NCBI GenBank assembly: GCA_029210725.1
Contig: JARGFM010000009.1
Coordinates: forward strand, 39,253-103,252
DNA length: 64,000 bases
Source of the DNA: Bacteroidales bacterium
GTDB taxonomy: Bacteria; Bacteroidota; Bacteroidia; Bacteroidales; GCA-2748055
Direction: 5' to 3'
Part shown: one piece after another, positions 1-10,599 of the stretch
Numbering within the stretch: the first letter of the stretch is position 1
Layout: every line of letters begins with the position of its first letter
The notes under the pieces: model-generated
The model's database searches: none
What the model saw: only the letters and a program-made list of their open reading frames with translations
What the model was told of the DNA's origin: nothing
Program-made: the position numbers and the translations under genes

Positions 1-275
1 CGGGCTCTCCAGAGGAACCTGCCGGTATTGAACATGGTACGGGAAGCCACACAGACTGCCCCATGCCATCCTCCCATATTATAGGCGGTGGTAAAGACGG
101 TTCCCTGTCTGGCCAGTTCATCCAGAGTGGGGGTCTGCAACTCCGGGTTTCCCAGTTCCCGGATGGTATTGTAGCTTTGATCATCGGCTAGGATAAAGAG
201 GATATTTGGCGCTTCCCTCCTGCCGCAGGAGAGAAGCAGGGCTGTTACTGTAAATCCAAGGATAAACCTAAACAT
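1..275 (-). CDS. Sulfatase (Cys-type), N-terminal fragment; gene runs off the left window edge
   Basis: Reverse translation from the ATG at 275-273 gives MFRFILGFTVTALLLSCGRREAPNILFILADDQSYNT...GAVCVASRTMFNTG. This shows a lipoprotein-type signal (LLSC), an ADDQ start and a C-x-A-S-R formylglycine signature. It is absent from the ORF track because it is truncated by the window edge. Confidence 0.8.
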   Translation of the reverse strand, partial: MFRFILGFTVTALLLSCGRREAPNILFILADDQSYNTIRELGNPELQTPTLDELARQGTVFTTAYNMGGWHGAVCVASRTMFNTGRFLWRA

Positions 276-421
276 GACTTATACTTTTTAACGGGTTTTC
301 TATCTTTAACATAAAAGCCATCACCTGCACGAAACTCAGGCTTTGGGTCGTCCGATGCAGTTTTCTGACCTGGTGAAGCATTCTCTTACTGCTAAGTTTC
401 ATTTCTGATCAGAAACAGGTT

Positions 422-1723
422 CTAGTGAGCAAAGGTCCTGGTCCTGTATCCGTAAATGGCCACTACCACAAAACAGACCAGAGGGATGATAAATGAGATA
501 TTCTCAGCCGGCATGGACATAAGGGTTCCCTGCTTGATTACAGCCCCCTGAAGAGGTGGCATCACCGACCCGCCCAGAATCGCCATGATCAGTCCCGCTG
601 CCCCGAACTTGGCATCCTCTCCCAGTCCCCTCAGGGCAATCCCGTATATGGTCGGGAACATCAAAGACATAAAGGCGGAAGTAGCCACCAGGCAGTACAT
701 TCCCATAATCCCCGTTGACAATATGACGCCTGAAACGCTCGCAAAGCCCCCAAGTGCAAAGAACATCAGCAGGCGTCCGGGTCTGACATAACGCATCAGA
801 AAGGTACTGATAAACCTGCTCACAATGAAGATAGCCATGGCCACAATGTTATACTGTTGGCTCAGTACTTCAGCCTCCTGTTCGCCCATGCCCTGGCTCA
901 TAAAATAGCGGGTGCCATAGTGCACAATAAAGGTCCAGCACATGATCTGGGCACCCACGTAGAAAAACTGCGCCACCACCCCTTCCCGGTATCGGGGAAG
1001 TGAGAATATCCTCCTTATCGTGGGCAGAAAATTAATGTTACGGTTTGAATCGGCGTTTCTTGGCATACGCACCGATGCAATGAGGATAAACATCATGATG
1101 ATCACAATCCCGATGATAATATAGGGGGAACTCAGGGTATCCAGGTCACTCATCTTCATGGCCTCAAACTCCTCCGGTCCCAGCAGGCTCCTTTGGACCG
1201 TATCTGCAGGATCGAGGCGTGCCTGGATAAAGGTCTTGGCCACAAACATGCCGGTTATGGAGCCGATGGGATTAAATGACTGTGCCAGGTTGAGCCTCTG
1301 CGTGGAGCTCTCCTCGGCACCCATGGAGAGAATGTAGGGATTGGCACTGGTCTCCAGGAAGGAAAGTCCGCAGGTAAGAATGAAATAAGCGATCAGGAAT
1401 GGAGCATAGAGCCCGATTGCACTGGCCGGGATAAAGAGCAGTGCCCCGGTGGCATACAAACCCAGGCCCACCAGGATTCCAGCCTTATAAGTAAAGCGCC
1501 TGATAAAAATTGCTGCCGGGAAAGCCATGGCAAAGTACCCCCCGTAAAAAGCCACCTGCACCAGCGAGCCCTGAACCGTATTCATCAGGAAAATCTTTGA
1601 AAAAGCTTTGACCATGGGATTGGTAATATCGTTGGCAAATCCCCAGAAGGCAAAACACGAAGTAATCAGCACAAAAGGAACCAGGTACTGTTTTTCAAGC
1701 AGCTTAAATTTTCTTTTCTCCAT
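422..1723 (-). CDS. fucP: L-fucose:H+ symporter family MFS permease
   Basis: 433 aa and strongly hydrophobic throughout. N-terminal FAFWGFANDITNPMVKAF and GGYFAMAFPAAIFIRR are typical of FucP-type sugar permeases. It lies on the same strand downstream of the mutarotase and sulfatase. Confidence 0.8.
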   Translation of the reverse strand: MEKRKFKLLEKQYLVPFVLITSCFAFWGFANDITNPMVKAFSKIFLMNTVQGSLVQVAFYGGYFAMAFPAAIFIRRFTYKAGILVGLGLYATGALLFIPASAIGLYAPFLIAYFILTCGLSFLETSANPYILSMGAEESSTQRLNLAQSFNPIGSITGMFVAKTFIQARLDPADTVQRSLLGPEEFEAMKMSDLDTLSSPYIIIGIVIIMMFILIASVRMPRNADSNRNINFLPTIRRIFSLPRYREGVVAQFFYVGAQIMCWTFIVHYGTRYFMSQGMGEQEAEVLSQQYNIVAMAIFIVSRFISTFLMRYVRPGRLLMFFALGGFASVSGVILSTGIMGMYCLVATSAFMSLMFPTIYGIALRGLGEDAKFGAAGLIMAILGGSVMPPLQGAVIKQGTLMSMPAENISFIIPLVCFVVVAIYGYRTRTFAH

Positions 1724-1783
1724 GGGTTTCAGGTATTAATTGCTTATAATCCGGCCAAAGGTCCAGTTGATGTGCATGGATCA

Positions 1784-2164
1784 TCATTGGGTACGATCCA
1801 GCTTGTAAATACGATCCATCTGCTTCCACTTTTCCCCTGCACTGGCATCGGAGGAGGTATTTTGAAACCTGGAAACAAAGGCTTCCCATTCTGACTGCCC
1901 TGGTTTAGCAGCCAGTAAATCCATATCCCGGTCATGATCAAATTCAGGGATGGTGTCCATAATCATAAACAAGCGGGTTCCTGCTATATAAATTTCCATA
2001 TCCAGGATTCCCACTTCAATCATGCCCCGGGTGATCTCCGGCCATATATTATCAGGCATATGTACTCTTTTGTATTCCGCAATCAGTTTCGGGTCATCCT
2101 CCAGGCTGAGGGTCTTGCAGAAACGCTTGTAAGAGCTGTAGACTCTATGGGTAATACAGGTCAT
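1784..2164 (-). CDS. rhaM: L-rhamnose mutarotase family (DUF718) deoxyhexose mutarotase
   Basis: The track ORF 1784..2287 overlaps the upstream sulfatase, and the internal ATG at 2164 gives 126 aa. KTLSLEDDPKLIAEYKRVHMPDNIWPEITRGMIEVGILDMEIYIAGTRLFMIMD matches the RhaM pattern as I recall it. Confidence 0.72.
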   Translation of the reverse strand: MTCITHRVYSSYKRFCKTLSLEDDPKLIAEYKRVHMPDNIWPEITRGMIEVGILDMEIYIAGTRLFMIMDTIPEFDHDRDMDLLAAKPGQSEWEAFVSRFQNTSSDASAGEKWKQMDRIYKLDRTQ

Positions 2165-2259
2165 TTGAAGGGCCGGATTTAATAGATTCGTTTGATCCCT
2201 GAAGATAATTAAAAAATGAGGTCCCCTCCCGTGCAGAAGCTTCACGAAAGTGTTTTTTT

Positions 2260-3879
2260 TTAGTCCTCCCTTGCCCTTTGCAGCCATTCGGGTTCAAAAT
2301 CCGTGTCATAGACCCAGCCGGTATTTACCTGCTCACCGGCCATGATCTTCTCATAAAGTCCGCGATCAGCCTGGGCATATGGGTAAGACATAAAGACCTC
2401 CCCATTCCCCAGGATACGCGGATCGCCTTGTGCAGTCAGTTTCGCGGTCATATCCGTACTTAACTCCTCCCGTTTGGAAGCATATGCAGGATCATTCACC
2501 AGGTTATTGAGGCAGCAGGGATCCGATTTAATATGATACAACTCTTCCGGGACACGAAGGCCGAAGTTGTGTTCCCAGTATTCCAGATTACCATATACGC
2601 GACGCTGGTTAAGGATATAGGATTTGGTGGCTCCGCCATCACAATTCAGATAGCCGGTTTCGGGATTACCCGCCGGCCAGCGATCCGGATGGTAGTTATG
2701 GAGATAGAGCCATTCCCCTTTCACTATTCCACGGACCGGATAACCCAGGTCAAAAGGCCGGCCCAGATCATGTCTTTCCTTTCCTACCAGCACAAAATCA
2801 CGCTCCTTTACGACCTGACCGCTCTTCTTCGAATAAAAGATCTCGGTCAGGCTCCTGCCCTCCATCTCCTGCATTCCAGATTGCTTCAGGTCCACCCCGG
2901 CCACCTCCAGAAAGGTGGGTGCAAAATCGATGAAGCTCACAAAATCATCCACCACCCGGCCCGGATTTTCTATTCCCCCGGGCCACATAATGGCCAGTGG
3001 CAGATGGTTGGAGTACTCATAGACCTGTCCCTTCACCCTGGGGAAAGGCATTCCATTATCGGCTGTAACCACCACCAGAGTATTTTCCAGCTCTCCTTTT
3101 TCCTCCAAAAGCTGCAGCATCTGCATCAGGTGTGAATCAAAATGTTCAATCTCAAAAGCATAATCCAACAGGTCCTGGCGAACTGTATCCACATCGGGCC
3201 AGAAGTCCGGCACCCGGTCTATCTCCTCAGTCGATTTCCCCCCTTTTTCCATTCCCGAAGCAAACTCATAGAAACGATGGGGTTCAAAACCACCGTACCA
3301 GAAGCAGAAAGGCTCTCCTTCAGTTTTCTCCTCCAGAAACTTGCTGAAATTAACGGCATAGTCGCTTGCGGCCATAAAGGGTGTGGGTGGAATTAAAGTA
3401 TGCTCGCTGTACAGGGGCCCGGTCAGTTCCCGGAATTTTCCCTCCTGGTCGATGGCCACCCCGGGTGCCCATCCCTTGCCGGTGTAGCCTACCTGATACC
3501 CATGCTTCTCCAGCACCTCCACATAGCTGCTGAACGTAGGGGGGAAATAGGGTACATGATTGGCTGCAGCCCTGAGCTGCCAGCTGTTCAATCCAGTTAG
3601 AATGCAGGAACGAGAAGGAGCGCATTTGGCATTGGGCGTATAGGCCCGGGAGAAGAGGATCCCTTCCCTGGCGATCTTATCCAGGGCCGGGGTCTTCACC
3701 CAGTCGCAGCCATAGGCCCCGAAGTGTTCCCAGGAGGCATCATCGGCGATGGCAAAGAGAATATTCGGCGGAATGATCTCAGGTATTTCTTCCTCCGCCC
3801 GGGCACAGGAGAACAGGATCCCCTGCAGGAAAGCAATCCATACCATGGCAATTTTACCGGAAACTCTGATCCTTTTCAT
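2260..3879 (-). CDS. Sulfatase (Cys-type, formylglycine-dependent)
   Basis: 539 aa with a signal peptide. It carries [12 protein letters not shown] and the [11 protein letters not shown] (C-x-P-S-R) signature, plus [15 protein letters not shown] in the C-terminal half. Confidence 0.9.
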   Translation of the reverse strand: MKRIRVSGKIAMVWIAFLQGILFSCARAEEEIPEIIPPNILFAIADDASWEHFGAYGCDWVKTPALDKIAREGILFSRAYTPNAKCAPSRSCILTGLNSWQLRAAANHVPYFPPTFSSYVEVLEKHGYQVGYTGKGWAPGVAIDQEGKFRELTGPLYSEHTLIPPTPFMAASDYAVNFSKFLEEKTEGEPFCFWYGGFEPHRFYEFASGMEKGGKSTEEIDRVPDFWPDVDTVRQDLLDYAFEIEHFDSHLMQMLQLLEEKGELENTLVVVTADNGMPFPRVKGQVYEYSNHLPLAIMWPGGIENPGRVVDDFVSFIDFAPTFLEVAGVDLKQSGMQEMEGRSLTEIFYSKKSGQVVKERDFVLVGKERHDLGRPFDLGYPVRGIVKGEWLYLHNYHPDRWPAGNPETGYLNCDGGATKSYILNQRRVYGNLEYWEHNFGLRVPEELYHIKSDPCCLNNLVNDPAYASKREELSTDMTAKLTAQGDPRILGNGEVFMSYPYAQADRGLYEKIMAGEQVNTGWVYDTDFEPEWLQRARED

Positions 3880-3944
3880 AAGACTATACTTAGGTATTTT
3901 AAAAGTATAAAAATGATTAGAGAAAAAATCATTAAACTCGTAAT
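3880..3944. promoter_or_regulatory. Divergent AT-rich intergenic region between the sulfatase operon (-) and kdgK (+); presumed promoters
   Basis: 65 nt between two divergently oriented start codons, and very AT-rich (tattttaaaagtataaaaatgattagag). No consensus element was assigned with confidence. Confidence 0.35.
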
Positions 3945-4979
3945 ATGAAAAAAGTGATCACTTTTGGAGAGGTGATGCTGCGACTGGCAGCTCCCGGTAA
4001 GGAACGTTTTCTGCAGTCGCCCGTTCTGAGCGCCACCTTTGGAGGCGGGGAGGCCAATGTGGCTGTCTCCCTGGCCAACTATAACATCCCGGTCAGTTTC
4101 GTAACCAGGCTTCCGGAAAACGATCTGGGCATCGCCTGTGTAAAAGAGCTCCGGGGCCTGGGCGTGGAAACCGGGAATATTGTCTGGGGAGGCGAGCGCA
4201 TGGGTATCTATTATCTGGAGACGGGTGCTGTAAATCGAGCCAGCAAAGTGATTTATGACCGCAGCCATTCGGCTCTCTCACAAATCAAACCCGGAATGAT
4301 CGACTGGGAGCAGGTGTTTAAGGATGCCGGCTGGTTTCACTGGACCGGAATTACCCCGGCTGTTTCTGAATCTGCTGCAGAGGTCTGCCGGGAAGCGATG
4401 GATGCCGCTACCCGGGCAGGTCTTTTCATTTCCACCGATCTGAACTACCGTAAGAACCTGTGGAAGTGGGGGAAAACGGCCAGGGAAGTTATGCCCGGAC
4501 TGGTGCAGGGCTGTGACCTTATCCTGGGTAATGAAGAGGATGCTGCCATGGCCCTGGATATTCACCCCCGCGGTGTGGATGTAAGCAGCGGAGCCGTAGA
4601 TGCTGATGCCTATCTCGCTGTTTCGGGACAGATCATGAAATTGGCTCCCCGTTGCAAAAAGGTGATCACCACCCTGCGCGGATCTATCAGTGCCAGTCAC
4701 AACACCTGGTCGGGAGTGCTATATGATGGAAGCACCCTGTACAAAGCACCAGAATATAACATCACCCATATGGTAGACCGGGTAGGCGGGGGTGACTCCT
4801 TTATGGGGGGATTGATCTACGGTCTGCTCAGCTACGCGGATGATCTGCAAAAAGCACTGAATTTTGCGGTGGCAGCCTCCTGCCTGAAGCACACCATTTA
4901 TGGCGACTATAACCGGGTTACGGTGGACGAGGTGAAAAAACTGATGAGCGGGGATGCATCGGGCCGGGTTAGCCGGTAA
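3945..4979 (+). CDS. kdgK: 2-dehydro-3-deoxygluconokinase (PfkB family sugar kinase)
   Basis: 344 aa. N-terminal [11 protein letters not shown]...[13 protein letters not shown] and C-terminal [17 protein letters not shown] (PfkB signature) are typical of KdgK. Confidence 0.8.
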   Translation: MKKVITFGEVMLRLAAPGKERFLQSPVLSATFGGGEANVAVSLANYNIPVSFVTRLPENDLGIACVKELRGLGVETGNIVWGGERMGIYYLETGAVNRASKVIYDRSHSALSQIKPGMIDWEQVFKDAGWFHWTGITPAVSESAAEVCREAMDAATRAGLFISTDLNYRKNLWKWGKTAREVMPGLVQGCDLILGNEEDAAMALDIHPRGVDVSSGAVDADAYLAVSGQIMKLAPRCKKVITTLRGSISASHNTWSGVLYDGSTLYKAPEYNITHMVDRVGGGDSFMGGLIYGLLSYADDLQKALNFAVAASCLKHTIYGDYNRVTVDEVKKLMSGDASGRVSR

Positions 4980-5083
4980 CAGCAGCACGGGATATTTTTC
5001 CGGATCGCTTTCCACAGGCCCGCTTACTTCGCAGAGGGTGGACAGCAGGTCCCGGAAAGCGAATGAGGTCCGCTGTTCCTGCC

Positions 5084-7177
5084 CTACTGGTTTTCTTCAA
5101 GGATAAGCACATCCCAGGGCGCCAGAGTCAGGGCATCCCCTTTTTTCACCGCTTTCCCGCTGATCAGTTCCTGACCGGACAGGTGCGGATAAATAAAGTC
5201 CAGGGGAGCGGATGAGTAATTGTAATAGAAATGCACCGCTTTCCCATCCCCGTTTATTCCCGTTTTGGCAATCAGCGGCCAGGAGAAACGCGTATCCGGA
5301 TTCTCGACCCCGGCCCTTTCAAGGGCCTCCCTGATGATCTTGGCCTGAATCTGATCCGAAAACAGGGATCCTTCATAGAGCAGGGTCCCCTTCCCGTATT
5401 CATTCAAAGTCACTGCCGGATATTCCGAAAAATAGGGATGATCGTAACAGGCCAGAACCTGTGCCGTTTCAGGGATCAGGTATTCCATCCAGTCCGTGGC
5501 GAAATTCTCTTCCACCTGAAAGGGATTATCCTTCAAAGGAAGAGCCGTGATATTGGAGAATTCCTGGTAATAGAATCCACAGGCTTCCCGCAGGGGCCCC
5601 GGGGCCAAAACGGGGCGGACCATGGAATTCTCATCACAGAATCCGCTTTTGAACTGCATGATTACATGACCGCCGTTCTTTATATAAGCGCTTATCTGAC
5701 CCAGAACTTCGTCAGAGGCCACATATAAAGAGGGGATGATGACCAGCTTGTATGCATCCGGCGTCATGTCCTCCGGGAAAATAAAGTCAACACCGGTATT
5801 ATTCTGGTACAATACCTTATGAAACTGGCCCACCAGCTGGTTCCGGTAAGCGTTGTTGATGGATTCACTCCAGTCGGGACCCGAACCGTTGAAAGGCATA
5901 AAATTCAGGGCATCGTTGGAATCATGACTGAACAGGATAGCCACCTCGTTTTTCTTCTTCAGATTCACCAGTTTCTTTCCGAACTTTTGCAACTCATGGG
6001 CAGTTTTACTTACCTCGGCATAGGCCCTGTTAGGCTGAAGATCATGGGAAAGAACTCCTTTCCAGAAGGTCTCCTGTCCATAATGGATGGAATGCCAGTG
6101 CCAGTATTCCACCATATTGGCTCCGGAACCGATATGGGCATAAACATTCTGCCGCAACTGTCCCGGGTAAGGTGGCTGCTGCATTTTGGAATTCCAGCCG
6201 ATGGTCTGGGCATTGGTTTCGGTGACCAGGTAATTGCTTCCCTTCACCGACCTGAAATAATCTCCGGCAAATGCAATTTCATTGCCAGTCAGATCGTCCT
6301 GCTGGCCATGATAAATATTTACGGCCATCACATCCATTTTTAAAGCACTTGCAATCTGGTCGATATTCTGGACCGAAGGCATAAAGCAGTGCATGATAAA
6401 CTGATCGTCGCGCTTGTACTCCGCCACGATCTCCGCTTGCCATGTGAGGAAATCGGCCACAGCCTTCCGGTTAAACCGTGCCCATTCCAGCTTATACCCC
6501 GTATTGGTGACGCCGTCCCGCGGAGGCAGCTCCTCCCAGCCATCAATGGTCATTCCCCAGTAGTTCAGTCCCCAGAGCTTGTTGAGATTCTCCGTGGTTT
6601 TGTATTTCTTTTTCAGGTGATTCACAAAGCCTACATAGAAGTTATAATCATTGACTCCCCGGGCTTCTGTTTCATTATCCACCTGGTACCCGATAATACC
6701 GGGATGAGAGGCGTAATGCTCCATCATCTTCCGGATAATCCGTTCCGAATAGAACAGGTAGGCGGGATTTGTAATATCCATATTTTGCCGGATCCCATAA
6801 TAGGCTTTACCTCCATCCCGGTGTTCCCGGAGAACCTCCGGATGCCTGTGCCATAACCAGGCCGGGACAGAGTAGGTAGGTGTCCCCAGAATCACCTGGA
6901 TACCAGCTTCATAAAACTTATCAATAATCCGGTCCATCCAGGAAAATTCAAACTCCCCCTCCCTGGGTTCAAACAGACTCCAGGTCGATTCCCCGACTCT
7001 GACAACGGAGATTCCTGCTTCTTTCATCATCCTTACATCCTCATCAAGCCTTTCATAGGGCATGTATTCATGATAATAGGCTGCTCCGTAGAGGATATTT
7101 TTCTGTTGAACGCCCTGTGCATTCAGGAAAAAGGGAAGAACAGCAAGCAATAAAGACAGGTAAGGTAACTTTTTCAT
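5084..7177 (-). CDS. Glycoside hydrolase family 42 beta-galactosidase, secreted
   Basis: 697 aa with a signal peptide ending LNAQG. GAAYYHEYMP, GISVVRVGESTWSLFEPREGEFEFSWMD and YQVDNETE are GH42-type motifs. Confidence 0.8.
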   Translation of the reverse strand: MKKLPYLSLLLAVLPFFLNAQGVQQKNILYGAAYYHEYMPYERLDEDVRMMKEAGISVVRVGESTWSLFEPREGEFEFSWMDRIIDKFYEAGIQVILGTPTYSVPAWLWHRHPEVLREHRDGGKAYYGIRQNMDITNPAYLFYSERIIRKMMEHYASHPGIIGYQVDNETEARGVNDYNFYVGFVNHLKKKYKTTENLNKLWGLNYWGMTIDGWEELPPRDGVTNTGYKLEWARFNRKAVADFLTWQAEIVAEYKRDDQFIMHCFMPSVQNIDQIASALKMDVMAVNIYHGQQDDLTGNEIAFAGDYFRSVKGSNYLVTETNAQTIGWNSKMQQPPYPGQLRQNVYAHIGSGANMVEYWHWHSIHYGQETFWKGVLSHDLQPNRAYAEVSKTAHELQKFGKKLVNLKKKNEVAILFSHDSNDALNFMPFNGSGPDWSESINNAYRNQLVGQFHKVLYQNNTGVDFIFPEDMTPDAYKLVIIPSLYVASDEVLGQISAYIKNGGHVIMQFKSGFCDENSMVRPVLAPGPLREACGFYYQEFSNITALPLKDNPFQVEENFATDWMEYLIPETAQVLACYDHPYFSEYPAVTLNEYGKGTLLYEGSLFSDQIQAKIIREALERAGVENPDTRFSWPLIAKTGINGDGKAVHFYYNYSSAPLDFIYPHLSGQELISGKAVKKGDALTLAPWDVLILEENQ

Positions 7178-7197
7178 AAGCTCTGAGTTTGCATGGA

Positions 7198-9138
7198 TTA
7201 GTTGATATGATGAAACCAGACATTCATTTTCCCCACCTCCCGGTTTGCCCAGGCATAATAAGGAACCAGTCTGAGCCCTTCTCCCTCAAGCATGTTTACC
7301 CCACCCAGAAGCCGTGGGGCAAAGCGGGGTTCAAAACGTGCATCTGAAGGTATCCCGGCCTCCAGGACATCCGCCTCATTATCTATCTCTTCTGCACAGT
7401 ATACCAGGGGGCCGCACTGAACGGCAAGGAGTCCGGTTTTTTCAATCACCTTCTCATGGGCCACTATAATCCGGTCCTCCATGGGCAGTTCCAGGCTTAT
7501 TTGGTCTCCCCGCCTCCACCTGCCCTGCAGTACCACATAACCCTTCTCGGTTTTAATCTCCACGCTTTTACCATTGACTCTTAATTCAGCCCGGGACTCC
7601 TGCCTGTCTGCAAAGCGGAACAGGTCCGATGGAACAGCTGTGTTCATCGCCCAGCCGGGAATCCGGATATGAAGGTCAGCCCGCACCTCCTTCTCATTGG
7701 TAAATTCCAGCTGAATATGGCCTTCCCATGGATAGGAAGAACGTTGTGAAAGGCTTAGTTCTCCTCCGGGAGTCTCCAGGGACACATCACTGTTCATAAA
7801 GAGATTCACATAAATATCATCTCCCCTGCCTGCGTATGCGTATCCGGCTACCGAAGGAACAAAGCGGGAGAGATTTGAGGGACAGCAGGAGCAGGAAAAC
7901 CAGGGGGAACGGCCATTAACTCCCTGGTTAAATGTGGACTCGCCGTCATGCCGAAGGGTATTTGGATAGAAAAACAGCCGGCCATCCAGGGAAAGCCCCG
8001 AGATGACCCCGTTATAGAGGGTGCGCTCCAGCACATCGATGTACCTGGAATCGCCATGAAGCAGAAACATCCGGTGGTTCCAGTAGACATTGGCTATAGC
8101 CGCACAGGTCTCATTATAGGGATCATTAGGGAGCTCGTAGTTTTCGCCGTAGGCTTCCCCCCGGCGGCTGGCCCCTACTCCTCCGGTAATGGAGAGCTTT
8201 TTTTCCACCACATTGTCCCACAACTTCCCGATTGCCTCCAGGTAGGCGCTGTCTCCGGTCAGTGCAGCCACATCAGCCATGGCACTGTACATGTAATTGG
8301 CCCGAACCGCATGCCCGACTGCCTCATCCTGCTCCGTTACCGGCAGATGAGCCTGCGAATAGGAGCCATCGAGAACATCTCCGCGAATATCCAGCAGGTG
8401 TTTGGCCAGTTGCAGGTAGCGCTTTTCCCCGGTAGCCCGGTACAGCCTGGCCAGTCCTATTTCGATCTCCTGGTGGCCGGGCACAAAGTCATTTCCAAGG
8501 ATGATGCAAACCTCATAAACCAGGTCGGCGTTTTTCAGTGCCACATCCAGAAAGGCCCTGCTTCCGGTGGCCAGGTAATGAGCAACTGCTGCTTCATACA
8601 TATGTCCCGCGTTATAAAACTCGTGACTGCTGTTTGAAGTTTCCAGCCACCTCCCCTGATCACTGTAGGTACAGCAATAAAACTCATTATACTCATTGGC
8701 TTTGAGGGTCCAGGCGGTATACAGGTAGCCATCCTCCTCCTGCGCCCCGGAAACATAGTACACCAGGCTATCCAGGTAGGCGGCCAGCTCAGGATCCTCT
8801 TCGATCATCAAAGCATAGGCAGCCCCTTCCATAATCTTATAAAGATCCGAATCATTAAACCCGTATTTTCCCCGAAATTTACCCTCCCTGAGCCCCCCGG
8901 CGAAGATGAAATTATCGATCCTCCCCGTCTCCTCACATTTCTGAAAAGCAAAGGGGATGGTGGTTTTTTGCACGGTTTCCACCCACTTCTTCCAGAATCC
9001 CTCCTGTAACTTTACCCGGGTAAAATCTACCGGGGATATGGGATAATCCCTGCTTTTTTCGGCCGGTGAAGGCTTACAGCCACTCATCAGGATCGCGCAA
9101 AACAGAAAAAGCGCTAAGATTGTCGAATGATATTTCAT
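7198..9138 (-). CDS. Glycoside hydrolase family 127 (DUF1680, beta-L-arabinofuranosidase-like) lipoprotein
   Basis: 646 aa with a lipobox (LMSGC). NETCAAI and the cysteine cluster FSCSCCPSNLSRF correspond to the Zn/Cys catalytic site of HypBA1-like GH127 enzymes. Confidence 0.8.
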   Translation of the reverse strand: MKYHSTILALFLFCAILMSGCKPSPAEKSRDYPISPVDFTRVKLQEGFWKKWVETVQKTTIPFAFQKCEETGRIDNFIFAGGLREGKFRGKYGFNDSDLYKIMEGAAYALMIEEDPELAAYLDSLVYYVSGAQEEDGYLYTAWTLKANEYNEFYCCTYSDQGRWLETSNSSHEFYNAGHMYEAAVAHYLATGSRAFLDVALKNADLVYEVCIILGNDFVPGHQEIEIGLARLYRATGEKRYLQLAKHLLDIRGDVLDGSYSQAHLPVTEQDEAVGHAVRANYMYSAMADVAALTGDSAYLEAIGKLWDNVVEKKLSITGGVGASRRGEAYGENYELPNDPYNETCAAIANVYWNHRMFLLHGDSRYIDVLERTLYNGVISGLSLDGRLFFYPNTLRHDGESTFNQGVNGRSPWFSCSCCPSNLSRFVPSVAGYAYAGRGDDIYVNLFMNSDVSLETPGGELSLSQRSSYPWEGHIQLEFTNEKEVRADLHIRIPGWAMNTAVPSDLFRFADRQESRAELRVNGKSVEIKTEKGYVVLQGRWRRGDQISLELPMEDRIIVAHEKVIEKTGLLAVQCGPLVYCAEEIDNEADVLEAGIPSDARFEPRFAPRLLGGVNMLEGEGLRLVPYYAWANREVGKMNVWFHHIN

Positions 9139-9316
9139 GGATATAGCCTTGATATGCTTTCAGGAATCGCATATAATTTACCAATAAAAACCAGCAAATC
9201 AATTCTGGAACAAATTAAATCCCCGGTTTTTCAATTTACGGAAAACCAGCATTGACAACTTTTACAGGGGTGATAGTAAGGATAATTGTGTTATAGGAGT
9301 GAATTGAAAGCAGAGA

Positions 9317-10516
9317 TCAGACAGTAAAAACCCCCTCGATCTCAACCAGCAGGTTCTCCCGGCAGACATCCGATTCCAGGAAAAGTGAAGATTTATAGTT
9401 TAGTTCTTCATCGCAGACCTTTTGTACAGCAGGGATATCCTTCCTGTACTTAACATAAACCCGCAGATGAGAGAAGCGGATTTTTTCCACTTCAAAGTCC
9501 AGGCCCAGCTTATCCTGGTTCTCTTTGGAAAAAAGCTTTTTTATATTATCAATGGTAGTCAGGGTCTGCTTCTCCACATCCCCTGTATGCACCGTCTCCT
9601 CCCCCAGAATGGAGGCAGTTCCCGAGACATAAACATAGTTCCTGGATCCAATGGTGACCAGCTTGGCCCGCTCGAACTTTGGAGTGCATTTTTGCCTGGA
9701 ATTTCCTTCCAGTACCAGTTCCGAATACTTATGTGCATCAATCTGCCCGGGATTTGCAATGGGTTTTACAGCGATGATATCCGAGTCTGAAAGTGCTATA
9801 AAACCAATAATCACTCCTCCGGTATCCTGACCGATGCCTGTGGCTGCAGGATATCCCTGTTCAAACTGAACCCGGTCGTAATACCTGGCTCTGACATCAT
9901 TAAAATCCTGGTAATTCTGTGATGCGTTCTCCCCTGCCTCCACATGGGCTATGTTCTCAATATAGTTCCATTGCCGGATAATGTTCCGAATGGACAAGCC
10001 TTCCAGCTCCAGAATGGCAGTGGCTGTTTCAAAAGCACTTTCTGAAGCTTCATGTATGCTGTCTTCCGCCCTTCCCATTAATCCCCCGCCATGTATACAC
10101 TTGTATCCCTGAAATTCAATGACGGTATAGTCAACTCCCCGTAAGGACTTGTAGCTGACCTTTTTGTTTTCGACAGCTTTGGTACAGATCAGTTCAAGTA
10201 CCACATCCATCTCGCCTGCAGGCGATTGGGCCACAATGCTGGTAGCCGGCAAACTAGTTCCACACTGCCTCGATAACTGGTCCCGTATAATGGCTGAACG
10301 CTCTTCATACTGGTCTCTGGTTTTGGCTGAGATAAAAAAAGTCTGCTGGGTGACCAGATAATGAAGATCCTCTTCCTGATGCAGGAATTCCTGAAGCTGC
10401 TCGATGCAACTGCTTACCTGATGAGTGAAACCGGCCCCTGTTGCAGGGACTATATGATCAAAATTAAAACCGTTAAGAGTGTTAGAGCCACTCGTCATAA
10501 TTATCTGTTCCACCAT
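9317..10516 (-). CDS. FkbO/Hyg5/XanB2-like chorismatase homolog (RidA/YjgF-fold)
   Basis: 399 aa. The C-terminal YVYVSGTASILGEETVHTGDVEKQTLTTIDNIKKLF matches the RidA-like SGTASI...GD...Q motif that I associate with the chorismatase family. The length is right for a two-lobed chorismatase. No alignment was run. Confidence 0.45.
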   Translation of the reverse strand: MVEQIIMTSGSNTLNGFNFDHIVPATGAGFTHQVSSCIEQLQEFLHQEEDLHYLVTQQTFFISAKTRDQYEERSAIIRDQLSRQCGTSLPATSIVAQSPAGEMDVVLELICTKAVENKKVSYKSLRGVDYTVIEFQGYKCIHGGGLMGRAEDSIHEASESAFETATAILELEGLSIRNIIRQWNYIENIAHVEAGENASQNYQDFNDVRARYYDRVQFEQGYPAATGIGQDTGGVIIGFIALSDSDIIAVKPIANPGQIDAHKYSELVLEGNSRQKCTPKFERAKLVTIGSRNYVYVSGTASILGEETVHTGDVEKQTLTTIDNIKKLFSKENQDKLGLDFEVEKIRFSHLRVYVKYRKDIPAVQKVCDEELNYKSSLFLESDVCRENLLVEIEGVFTV

Positions 10517-10599
10517 GCTTAGCTTGCTCCGGGATACTATTGGTCCACAAATATAGAGATTTTCGGGAAGTGCAAATCTTAAGAAATGTTAAAGAATGA

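Noticed and set aside
402-415. Perfect palindrome TTTCTGATCAGAAA just downstream of the fucP stop, considered as a terminator
   Set aside because: It has a 7-bp stem with no loop, is AT-rich and lacks a clear following T-tract on the minus strand. That is too weak to call.
2165-2287. N-terminal extension of the mutarotase ORF (track start 2287)
   Set aside because: The extension overlaps the 3' end of the sulfatase gene and adds non-homologous residues. The ATG at 2164 gives the canonical roughly 126-aa RhaM-size protein.
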